This document shows positions 10,455-20,134 of a DNA stretch of 64,000 nt, in pieces. The stretch is from Schmidtea polychroa (lineage: Eukaryota): assembly GCA_044892525.1 (NCBI GenBank), contig CM097885.1:32676001-32740000 (forward strand), written 5' to 3'. How positions within the stretch are numbered: the first letter of the stretch is position 1; every line of letters begins with the position of its first letter. The position numbers and the translations under genes are program-made. The notes below the pieces were generated by a model that saw nothing but the letters and a program-made list of their open reading frames with translations, was not told where the DNA came from and did no database searches.

Positions 10455-11165
10455 ATGAATTATTTAAAAGACAGAGAATCAACGAGTAACGCAAGAAAAT
10501 CAATTGACCAACCTGAACAAAGCCAGAATACGATACCAATCAAACAAGAACCGATGAAATATTATAGTAATAAATGGAGAGTCAGCAAGAAGTTGTTCAA
10601 AACAAAAATCGCAAATCAAAATGTAGAGATTACGAGATTGAGACAGCATATTGTTCAATCAAGACGATTAATAAACACTGTCAAGCAGGAAATTTTGAGG
10701 GAAATAAATGAATCGAAACTAAAAGAGACGGAAAATAAAAACCTGAGACAAGAGATAGTAGAGTTGAGAGCTCAGGCAGTAATCGAAGACTATTGGAAAT
10801 CAGAAACAAGGAAGTTGAAAAAGATTGTGAATATCGACCAAGTGTATATCGAACAATTGGAAGCACAATACGCTTATGCAAAAGCGAGAATGCGGGAAAG
10901 TAAAAAGGTCGACAAGAGAAACGCAAGACTCAAGGAGGAGATCAAGGAACAAAGAGAGGAAACAGAAAAACAATGGAAGTTGAAAGAGAATTATCGGAGA
11001 ATTTTAAATCAAAAACGACGAAGCATGCAAGCACTGCAGACGACAATGACCATCAGACAGAGAAAATGGAAAAGTGAAGAGAAGCGATTACAAGAAATGC
11101 CAGAATTAAAGAGACAGTTGATGGCAACGCAACTCGAAGTAATAAGGATGAACGAGTTGAGTTAA
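10455..11165 (+). CDS. Coiled-coil protein of unknown function (cargo)
   Basis: First ATG at 10455 after TTTTTGTAG; basic coiled-coil composition; IANQNVEITRL resembles IENQKDEISRL in the preceding ORF. Confidence 0.8.
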   Translation: MNYLKDRESTSNARKSIDQPEQSQNTIPIKQEPMKYYSNKWRVSKKLFKTKIANQNVEITRLRQHIVQSRRLINTVKQEILREINESKLKETENKNLRQEIVELRAQAVIEDYWKSETRKLKKIVNIDQVYIEQLEAQYAYAKARMRESKKVDKRNARLKEEIKEQREETEKQWKLKENYRRILNQKRRSMQALQTTMTIRQRKWKSEEKRLQEMPELKRQLMATQLEVIRMNELS

Positions 11166-11297
11166 GACGAGCACCTGAACCTCCCGTAAAATTAAGGGAT
11201 GAGGTCGGTGGCTCCCAATAAATGAGATAAAATAACTGTGTAAATAAATTGTAAATAAAGCCAAGTAATTATTATTAACGTATATGTATATGTAAAG

Positions 11298-12284
11298 ATG
11301 AGAAGCCTAACCGTGGTGATAATTATAATGACAATGCCCAGAATCCTGCAAGCTGAAGAATCAATGATCAGATGCCAGAAAGAATACCCATATCGCAGAG
11401 AAGATAGCACCTGTAGTAGCTTTAAATCAATCTGTGAAAAACCCAATGAAGAATGCGAACAAATCAAGTTGCAATGTTCGCAATGTCCACAAACAACTGG
11501 AAGTTCGACGGAAATGCAAATGGCTCAGACAATGAAAACAATATTAGAACAAGAAATGAAAGTTATCAGAACCCAGATAGCAACATTAGCCAAACAATTC
11601 CAAAGCCAGAAATCAAAGAAAGAAACCCAAACGGATCCGGCCGCAATGAGAATGATGGTAATAATATTAGAGGAAATAAAACAACAGGTAACAGCAACCG
11701 CCAATGGACGTTCAAGCAATTGCGAAATAGTAGTAAAATCTTTAGAGGAAATGAAAGGGAAAATAACTTCCATCATCAAAGAGGAACCCAGCATTAAAAA
11801 TGAGGTAACGAAAACATTGAAAGAAATGACAAAAGAAGTCCTAACTACCATAAACAAAAACCCAATGAACTCCGAGAAGATGATTAAAACCCTGGAGGAA
11901 ATAAAGAAAGTTGTCAACTCGGAAGAAAACAAATTCAACAAACCCGAAAAATCAGAAATTACAGATACAACCCAATTGGGAGAAATGATAAACAAACCCA
12001 GAGTAGTAGAACTAAGAGAATCTGAACCCCTCACAATATTGATCCTATTAGCGGCAAGCCTAATGATAAACATTACCGTACTGAGCCTGATTGCACTCAA
12101 ACCCAATTCCAGTAAAGCAAGAAACAAAACCCTCAAACTAAAAGAACAATCAAAGAATATTCATATCCCAATGGAAGAACAGCTAATCCAAACAACGAAC
12201 CAACCAAGATACTTCAAATCTTCCCCAAACATCGAAACCAGAGCCGTCATCGAGACGAGATCCCGAACAACAGAATTCTATTAG
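11298..12284 (+). CDS. Type I membrane protein: signal peptide, 6-Cys domain, helical stalk, TM helix, tail with PxEE (TNFR-like or env-like)
   Basis: N-terminal MRSLTVVIIIMTMPRILQA; C-x12-C-x6-C-x6-C-x6-C-x2-C; repeated KTLEE(I/M)K-type stalk units; TM LTILILLAASLMINITVLSLIAL; PMEE at 12168-12179. Confidence 0.85.
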   Translation: MRSLTVVIIIMTMPRILQAEESMIRCQKEYPYRREDSTCSSFKSICEKPNEECEQIKLQCSQCPQTTGSSTEMQMAQTMKTILEQEMKVIRTQIATLAKQFQSQKSKKETQTDPAAMRMMVIILEEIKQQVTATANGRSSNCEIVVKSLEEMKGKITSIIKEEPSIKNEVTKTLKEMTKEVLTTINKNPMNSEKMIKTLEEIKKVVNSEENKFNKPEKSEITDTTQLGEMINKPRVVELRESEPLTILILLAASLMINITVLSLIALKPNSSKARNKTLKLKEQSKNIHIPMEEQLIQTTNQPRYFKSSPNIETRAVIETRSRTTEFY

Positions 12285-13298
12285 TGTGACATCATGACAG
12301 TAAAAACATTTCACGACATTATAAACGATAAATCATCCTGATCGAACAATTGATTTCAAAGACTGAGACTACGATTAATGACACTGATTCTTGAGCATGA
12401 TAATGTTATTTTTATGTGGGCCGACCTCGGTCGTTCTTTTCCTTCATCTTTCAACCCATCTGTAAAATGTAGTGTAATAGTAGCATTTTTATGTATGTGG
12501 GTATTGAGGTCACGACCCTGTAGCTCGTGGACCCAATTTGCATGTAGGCACTTGTAATATAGTGCAAGTATTCTGAAAATTAATCTTATTCATCTTTGGA
12601 TTTAAATTGCGGGTCGCAATTTTATGGGCCCCCGAGTGTTTTATGTTGGGCTAGAACTGATTTCTAGACCCAAACTACTAATTGTGACTGAAACGTGCAG
12701 GTACACAACATGTAAAAAGCAAAAAGTATAGTTAAATATTAAAACCTACACCAAATAAACAATATTAACTAAAGGAGAAAGCAACAAAAACATAAACAAA
12801 GAAATTAAATAAAATTATACAGAAGCAAGAAGTGATGCAAAAATCTAACTCAAAAATAACCAAACAAACATAGAATTACCAAAAGCAAACTCGAATAACT
12901 TAAAAGACGATAAAAATAGTAAAACATTCCAGAAAGACCCAGAACATTCTATAAAATGGCGATGACCATCACAAAAGTCATCTAGAACAACAAAAGTTAA
13001 GGAAAATAAATGAATTAGTATTAAAAATAAAAAATCTCAAAAAGAAATTCATAAAAACATCAGTTAAAAATAAAAATTAAATTAAAAGTAAAATAGAATG
13101 TTCTGGAACCGTTCCAAATCCATCATGGACGTAAAGTAATGAAAAAATAATTAAAAAATAAAAATTTAAAAATAAAAACAAAAATTATAGCACAAAAATT
13201 TCCACAAAAAATATAAAAATCATGAAATAGAAAATTCTGGAATAAAAAGAATTCGAGTTTGTTTTAACGCATCAATACATACACGTGTACAAAATAGG

Positions 13299-13307
13299 TA
13301 TATATAC
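13299..13307 (+). promoter_or_regulatory. Candidate LTR TATA box
   Basis: TATATATACTG at the switch from A-rich to T-rich + strand; equivalent position to TATAAATACTG (~20756) in the short LTR. Confidence 0.4.
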
Positions 13308-16202
13308 TGACACGTTTCAGGCACATTAAGCATTATTTTGTTTATGCCAATATTTTATTAGAAATTTTCCGAAAATTATTAGTAAGTAGATTTTTCTTTT
13401 GTTATTCGATGTTATCATGATTAATGTAACTATTTTAATGTAGATTAATATCCATAAGATCAATTTCTTTTTATTTTTTATCTTTTATTAAAAATTTTTG
13501 TTTGAATACGACTGATCAGCGGCGTCTCAGTGCGTCTCTGTTCAGTCCTGCATTTGATATTAACAATTTTTGAAACATGCAGACATGCCATATTCTATAT
13601 ATATATTTTTTTTTGTTTGGTCATCGGAGGTCGGCCACTTCATGGTTCTACCATGGAGTTGTGTCGATAAAACCCCTCCGCTATGGCTCTATATGCTTTA
13701 TTTATCGGTCGACAGTGATGTTTCGACTCAACACAACAGTAGGGCTTGTCGTAGCGGTCACAGTGGGGCCGTGTAAGCAAGCATTCTTCCCGAGTACAAG
13801 CAAACATATTTAATTTCAACATTAAAAATCGTAGACAATAGGGTACACTAAGGTCATAATCGAGTAGATCTCAGACCCAAATTGAACACAGCAATTACAA
13901 TTCAGCTAATGTAGTCGGTTAAGACCTCTCCACTTACACGTTTGTCGAACCTCATTGAGAAATAATTTTTCGTATCAGTGTAAATGTCTCTCTCGAAATT
14001 GACCGTAATGATGCTCACGAAGGAGTTCGACAAGCGTGAATCGTAAAATGAACTATATACTCTCCTGTTACACTTAAACATCAGGCTATAAATGTATAAT
14101 GTTCCTAAACTATAGAATATATGTTAGAATTGCTAAATACTTAGAATTCCTAAATGGTAAAACATAACTTACTACCGTACTTAGAATTATATGTGATAAA
14201 TACGTAATACCTCTAAATTACAAATATGAGTTAATATTGTCTTCAAAAATATAATTTATAAAAGTTAAATTGTCAAATACCTCTTAATACTATGCCTGAA
14301 AATAATGCGGAATATTCATAAATTATAAAATTTTACTTTATACTATCCTCAAAATTATAATCTATAAATGTGTAAAACATAATTTATAAATATGAAATTA
14401 TAATATACATGCTTGAAAAGCAATTTTAAAAATGTGTAATATTCCTAAATTATGAAATTTTACCCTATATTATTCTTAAAATTATAACTTATACCTGTGT
14501 AAAAATATAATTTATAAATGTCAAATTGTAAAATATAACCTAGTACTATGCTTGGAGGTATAATTTATTATGAAATATAACCTATTTCTATACTTAAAAA
14601 TATAAGTTAAAAAGGTACGTAAATAATTTTTATTGTACCTAAAAATATGATTTATAAATATGTAATATTACTAAATCATAAGATTGTATTGCTTGTGGTT
14701 CGTAAATCTTACCTTGAGATTATCAGTAGCAAACTAAAATGTAAACTCATACTACGTATAAATTATAAATTATATCTTAGTATTTTCTGTATAAAAGTAT
14801 AAAGTCATGCTACTCATAAAGTACAAATTATGTCTTAGAATTATACACAAAAATATAAACTATAGGTTTATATTGCCCATCAATTATAGAATGTAACGTA
14901 TGCATAGAATGCAAATTACAAACTATAAGGTATGATTTTGGTTATAAGTTATAATTTCGGTATCCATAAATACAAATTATAAATTCCAAAGAATAGAAAC
15001 TATTACTAGCTATATATAGCTCATGAGTCCGTAAAGTGTAAATTGCAAGGCTGAAGTGTGGATTATGGAATAATTATATAAAGTATAAACCGTAGATTAT
15101 TTTTATAAAAGTATAATCTAATTATATGTCTAAATTATAAAATTATATATCAAAATTATCTATCTAAAAATTATATATCTAAATTACACCTCTAAATTAT
15201 ATATCTAAATTATATAAACTTATAAAATACCATCGTAAATTTAGATTACCAATTATAAACTATGATTTCATACTCCATATAAGGTAAAGGACCAAATTCT
15301 GAATTCTAAGTTTATATTTCGTATATAATTGATGAATGACGAATGTATAAAATGTACAGTTGCGTATGCGAAATTAGCTAGGTTATAATTAACCCCTACG
15401 CCAAAATCATGGAGTACAATGACAAACATAAAGGAGAAGCACGCCCGACCTCTAGATCGGAAACCGCAGTGAAGCTTGACGGTAATTTAATTAAAACTAA
15501 TTTAACATCCAGTCGAAAGAGAGAATAATATTTAACATTTATTTTACAACATCAAGGTTCTAGTGGGCTGAACCAGGATTGCCGAGAGAAGTTCATTGTG
15601 GGCTGGAGTCTTGCATACTCCAGCTGTTCCCGCTCGTTGCTGGGAATTGCAAATAGGATTGACAGTTGCGGATAATTCCTGAACTTTACGAATCTACTAA
15701 TTTTAAATTTACAGTCTAACTTACTTCGAAGGATCCAGATGAATTGCAACACAGAAGGGAATGAATCTAAAAATCTAATATACCAAAATAAACTAAATTT
15801 ATCAGAAAAAAGTTTTTAAATATTTAAAAGCCTTATAATTACATGTATTTAAAATTTACTATTCAAAACCATTGTAGTTTACTTTAAATTTGACCTTATT
15901 ATGATTGTTACGATAAAACACCGTAAAATATGATTAATTGGTAATTTCCGCGTAAGGTAAATTTTAATGTATAGTGAAAGACTTGAATTTTAATTTAAGC
16001 AAAAGTTGAGGGTACCCTTTCAAGTACAATTTAAGTTAATCTGATTAATTGTTTAAATTATGAACATTTGGAGTTTGTTTCGTATTTTAAGCAAATTTTT
16101 TTGTTGTGTGTGGTTTCATATTAGCCCGCGAGCGTTGTAGCAGAGAGAAGCGTTCTCGTTTGCATTGTGATAACCTTATTAATCATTGCTACCCAAACAG
16201 AT

Positions 16203-16568
16203 ATGTCACACTCAGACGACTACAGCGATGATGACGGCTACAGACAAATAATCACCCGGCTCCGGTCCCGGTACGTCTGGTTTCACATCCATCGGTGGAG
16301 CCAGGGACGGGACTTAGATTGTTCCAACCAAGTAATCCGGACGGGCCCCGAAGTGGATGCCCCGGCGTGGGTAAAAGTAGAGCCCACCAACAACGTGCTC
16401 CGGGAAGCCCGCGATCGAGCGGCCGATGAGGTGGTGGAGGCCCAAAAGCGGCTGAGGAGACTCGAGCTCCAACTCAAAGCCGAAACACTGGGGGTAACTC
16501 TTGAAGAGCTGGAGGAGACCGACACCCCTCCACGAAAACGGGGAAGGCCCCGCAAGAACCTGGCCTGA
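16203..16568 (+). CDS. LTR-encoded small protein with coiled coil and C-terminal AT-hook
   Basis: GC-rich ORF in AT-rich surroundings; ATG directly after ACAG|AT; PRKRGRPRK at 16530-16556. Confidence 0.7.
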   Translation: MSHSDDYSDDDGYRQIITRLRSRYVWFHIHRWSQGRDLDCSNQVIRTGPEVDAPAWVKVEPTNNVLREARDRAADEVVEAQKRLRRLELQLKAETLGVTLEELEETDTPPRKRGRPRKNLA

Positions 16569-16881
16569 CTCATCGACAGGCGCGGCTTGAATGGAATGGT
16601 TTTGACTGATTTCATCCAGTGATATTTTACCTTGTAGTAGCATGACGAATTGTATTTTTCTTTTGTTCGTTAAATCTTGACAATATAGTCTATCGTGTAT
16701 CTTCGTAGTGCAATAAATTAATTTTTGTTTCGCTATTACATTTTGAACTTTATAGCTAATGGGGTGTATTCATGATTGAGGTGCCCCTTTTCTCATCACC
16801 CACTTATTAATTTCATGCACGTACTCTAACCAACTTTGCGCACCTGGATGCGAGCGATGGAATTTATTATTATTTTCTTCA

Positions 16882-17316
16882 GTGTACCAGTTATTGGAAA
16901 ACCTACGAAAGGACCGCGAACAGGCCCAGCAACAATCCGAGGGTCTCCGAGGTCGGGTCGAAAAACTCAAGCTGAAGTATCGAGAACTCCAAAGTACGTG
17001 GTTCAGTCCGGCCGACATGAAAAAACAAACTACGCGCATCTCACAACTCCAGACCCAGGCGGAGCAAGATCAGCTCGAGATCCGAGCGCTGAAGCTACAA
17101 GTGCGCTCGCTCGAGAGTAAATTGAACGAAAGGATTGTCCAGGACACCCTTTGCGAGCAGATTCGTCCTCTTGCCGTAGAGTTGGCCCGGATATACCCAC
17201 CGGCCCAGACGAACAAGCCGAAACGCAAACGGTTAGGGCGGAACACCCGAGAGAAATTGAAAAGGGCCTGGCTGGCCGAGCAGGAGAAAGGGAAAGAGCC
17301 GGAAGGCAATCCATGA
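16882..17316 (+). CDS. LTR-encoded coiled-coil protein with basic NLS-like tail; needs splicing or a GTG start
   Basis: GC-rich ORF beginning at a strong acceptor TTTTCTTCAG; heptad pattern; KPKRKRLGR. Confidence 0.6.
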   Translation: MYQLLENLRKDREQAQQQSEGLRGRVEKLKLKYRELQSTWFSPADMKKQTTRISQLQTQAEQDQLEIRALKLQVRSLESKLNERIVQDTLCEQIRPLAVELARIYPPAQTNKPKRKRLGRNTREKLKRAWLAEQEKGKEPEGNP

Positions 17317-18360
17317 TCTTGGGAGGCGTTCGAGAGTGCGTGAACAATCCGTGTAATATGGTGGTGGCTTAATAAATGAGTCTTGTTATTTAATGAGTAT
17401 GAGAGTGAACTTTGCTGTTGTCAAAAACAGGATGGTTGGCGGGAAGGCGCTTGGAAAAACAATCTCGATGAGGGACCGAAATAAATCGGACACGTGCCTT
17501 CTATCGGCGTCCGTGAACCCATAGAGTGCTCGACAATTACAGTGCTTGGCGCGCTCACTTTTTGCGAGTACTCAACCCCTTGGTACAGTACCAACGTTGA
17601 TTGCTCAACGGGTACCAAGAGGAAAACAATGTTGTATTCTGGGTTACGCTGGTAACAGCACTTAAACATTCAACCACCAGTAACCCACCATGACTTTCAG
17701 AATATTTCTTATATATTTTGATGCCCCTTGCTCGCTTCGCCTGTTCTCTCATAATAAATTGTCACTACATTTTTTTATATAATATAAAGAGTAAAATAAA
17801 TTTGAGAATTTCACTAGGTGCCGCTTGTAAAGAATTTGTGGTGGCTAACCTATATCTAGGCGCAATTCGTTCAGTCGGTAATTTGTTAAGATCTTTTAAT
17901 TTAAATACGGAAAATTCAACTTTGAATTTTGAAATGAATCATTTTTTAACAAAAATGGTTAAAAATCTTTACTACTGAGAAAATTGAATAAAAGTGAACA
18001 ATTATTATTAATTATTTTTTAAATTAATCAAATTTAATTATTTAAATTTTATATCTTCTTTACCGCGGTAAATTAACCAAAATGGCTAAAAATGAAAATT
18101 TTGTGGGTAATGAATGCGTAAAAAAATATTTATACTATTTTAATATCAATTTAAACGCAATTTTAAATTGAAGATGTAATGTATCGGTGCAAACAAATAT
18201 AGTTTAGGATAATAGATGAAGAAGCTTCACCACTCGTGTCTTAGATACTACTGCATATCTCAATATAATGAAATATTTCAATTATAAATAACAAACGTTT
18301 TATATTTTGTCGTTTTTTTCATATTGAATATTAATTATCTTGAACATAAATATATTTCAG

Positions 18361-18657
18361 GGATTTTTTGTGGCTCTGATTTATTGCTTCCTCAATCGTG
18401 AAGTTAGATTTGTCTTAAAAGCAAAATATCGGAGTTTCCGAGGGTATTTGCCAAGTGCTAGTCGCACAAGACAAACTATTGATGATTCAATTGGTCCGGT
18501 TCGAAGGGGAAATTCAGCATTTAGACCTCTCAAACAAGATTATGACAATAAAGTTTTCAAATGTCGATCCTATCGCTCACAGCACAATAATAATGGAAAC
18601 AATGCTAACCCGGTTATTCAAAAGTATGAAACCAATGTTGAAAATCAACAAGCATAG
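18361..18657 (+). CDS. Terminal coding exon of a class B (secretin-family) GPCR: TM7, helix 8 and C-tail
   Basis: TTTCAG acceptor then (Q)GFFVALIYCFLNREVR, the class B TM7 signature; stop at 18655-18657; AATAAA at ~18835. Confidence 0.88.
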   Translation, partial: GFFVALIYCFLNREVRFVLKAKYRSFRGYLPSASRTRQTIDDSIGPVRRGNSAFRPLKQDYDNKVFKCRSYRSQHNNNGNNANPVIQKYETNVENQQA

Positions 18658-19191
18658 TAATCATAGAATTTAATCTTGTTTTAATTAACTGTCTCAATGT
18701 AATTCACATGTCCGTTTTACAGTTACAGAACGGAAATTTATGTTAATGTTTTGTGACTTCATTTGTTCATTTTATTCTGTATATAGGCATTCATAACCAT
18801 TTGTTTTGTTTTGTAATTGTCAACAAATATGAGGAATAAAAAAACTTTATTTTTGTTACAGAACTTCATTTTTATTTTGAAGTTGGAATAAACTCTGGGA
18901 GACTTTTAATTGTTTTCGTTAAATCTTTTATAACAAACAATAAATTTCAAATGTATATGTATTGGGGGAGGGGGGGGGGGGGGTAGTAACTTTAAAACCT
19001 AATGGGGCACTAGGACTAAAAATCGAGGGAATACTTTTTTTCGAAAATCTAAACTTTATATTTTAAAAACTCTAAACCGTCAAACAAACGAAGTATATTT
19101 TAAAAGAATCATATTTATCGTCAGTCAGCCATCATAATCTATATTAACAGTTATATACAGAAACAATAATGGCGTAATAGTTATAATTTAA

Positions 19192-19431
19192 CCCTCTCCG
19201 TGTAAAAAATAATGCTGATATTTATAGTGACCCGTTCTATTCCCACAAAAACGGTTACAAAATGTGCCTTCAGCTTCATCCCGATGGATTCAAAGCTGGA
19301 AAAGGGACACATCTTTCTGTTTTCTTTTTCATAATGCGCGGTGAAAACGATGTACTTTTGCAATGGCCTATGAAACTGGAAGTGACATCTTGCTTTAATG
19401 TCGAATATATTCGACAAATATACGGAGAGGG
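19192..19431. mobile_element. 240-bp piggyBac-like non-autonomous element containing a TRAF MATH-domain fragment
   Basis: TTAA-CCCTCTCCGT ... ACGGAGAGGG-TTAA; subterminal palindrome TGTCGAATATATTCGACA; + frame reads IYSDPFYSHKNGYKMCLQLHPDG..GKGTHLSVFFFIMRGENDVLLQWP. Confidence 0.75.
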
Positions 19432-20134
19432 TTAATGAGTTAATTAAATAATTTCAGTAAATTCGTTGCTGATTGAATGTTAATTGTGGGGGTTGTGATT
19501 TAGTAGCCAATGTCTGACATAAAAAAATTTTCCACCTAATATTAAAGATTTTTATATAAAATTTTAAAAGATTTTAAGTTAGTTGTCCTTTTACACATTT
19601 GCCTATATGGATTAACGTCTTTCTGAACTTGTATGTGTCACATATACTAAAGATACTTCTGTCAATTACGTAATCAAATTTGGTCTGCATCCTAATCTTT
19701 GTGCGTTGGATTTTTAATTGTTCTCATTTATATAACCCCGACAAATGTAAAGGCTAGAAATTTTTTAGCTAAATGTTTTGGAATTATTCTGAAGTTCTTT
19801 ATGATTTTAAGCAAATTATATTTTCACAATCTACCAAATTAAATTCTTAAATTTTATAATTGTTTTCTTTTATTAAAACAGTAACAAAAATTTTTATTAA
19901 TTCACTCTGACTCCAATCGTGTTCTTGTGTATCAAATTAATGAACTCCAACATTATTAATTTATTGATACCAAAATTTACAACATAAAATATAACACTGA
20001 GAATAAATTGGAAGTAATTATAAAATTATGCATACACCAACAAGAATGGCTATAAAATTAAATAGTGAGAAGATCTTGCCAATGAAATTATTTTTTATTT
20101 CTTAGTTCATTTGATTAACCTTCAATCTCTTCGT

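Larger units (their letters stand above)
1..17690 (+). mobile_element. Giant Ty3/Gypsy (Metaviridae) LTR retrotransposon with multiple cargo genes; gag, protease and 5' LTR lie outside the window; Burro-like
   Basis: RT-RNaseH-INT domain order; same-strand intronless ORF array with uniform A-rich + strand; terminal ~5 kb segment starting TGTTGGG (12644) and ending CCCACCA (17690). Confidence 0.93.
12644..17690 (+). repeat. Putative 3' LTR (~5.05 kb) of the giant element
   Basis: Starts TGTTGGGCTAGAAC, as does the LTR at 40942. Ends AGTAACCCACCA, against AGTAACCAACA at 42627. Shares 3' motifs (CCTTCTAT, GAACCC, GTACAGTA) with the short LTRs. The partner LTR is not in the window. Confidence 0.7.

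Noticed and set aside
487..12136. Numerous minus-strand ORFs over the retroelement (e.g. 6023-6925, 3937-4533, 11525-12136)
   Set aside because: Shadows of the A-rich sense ORFs; the products are S/L/F/I-rich with no recognisable motifs
17640..17657. GGTAACA as the LTR end
   Set aside because: It falls inside a hairpin with a counterpart in the short LTRs; CCCACCA at 17690 matches the start and the short-LTR end better, though this is unproven
19181..19417. 78-aa minus-strand ORF
   Set aside because: Antisense shadow of the + strand TRAF MATH fragment
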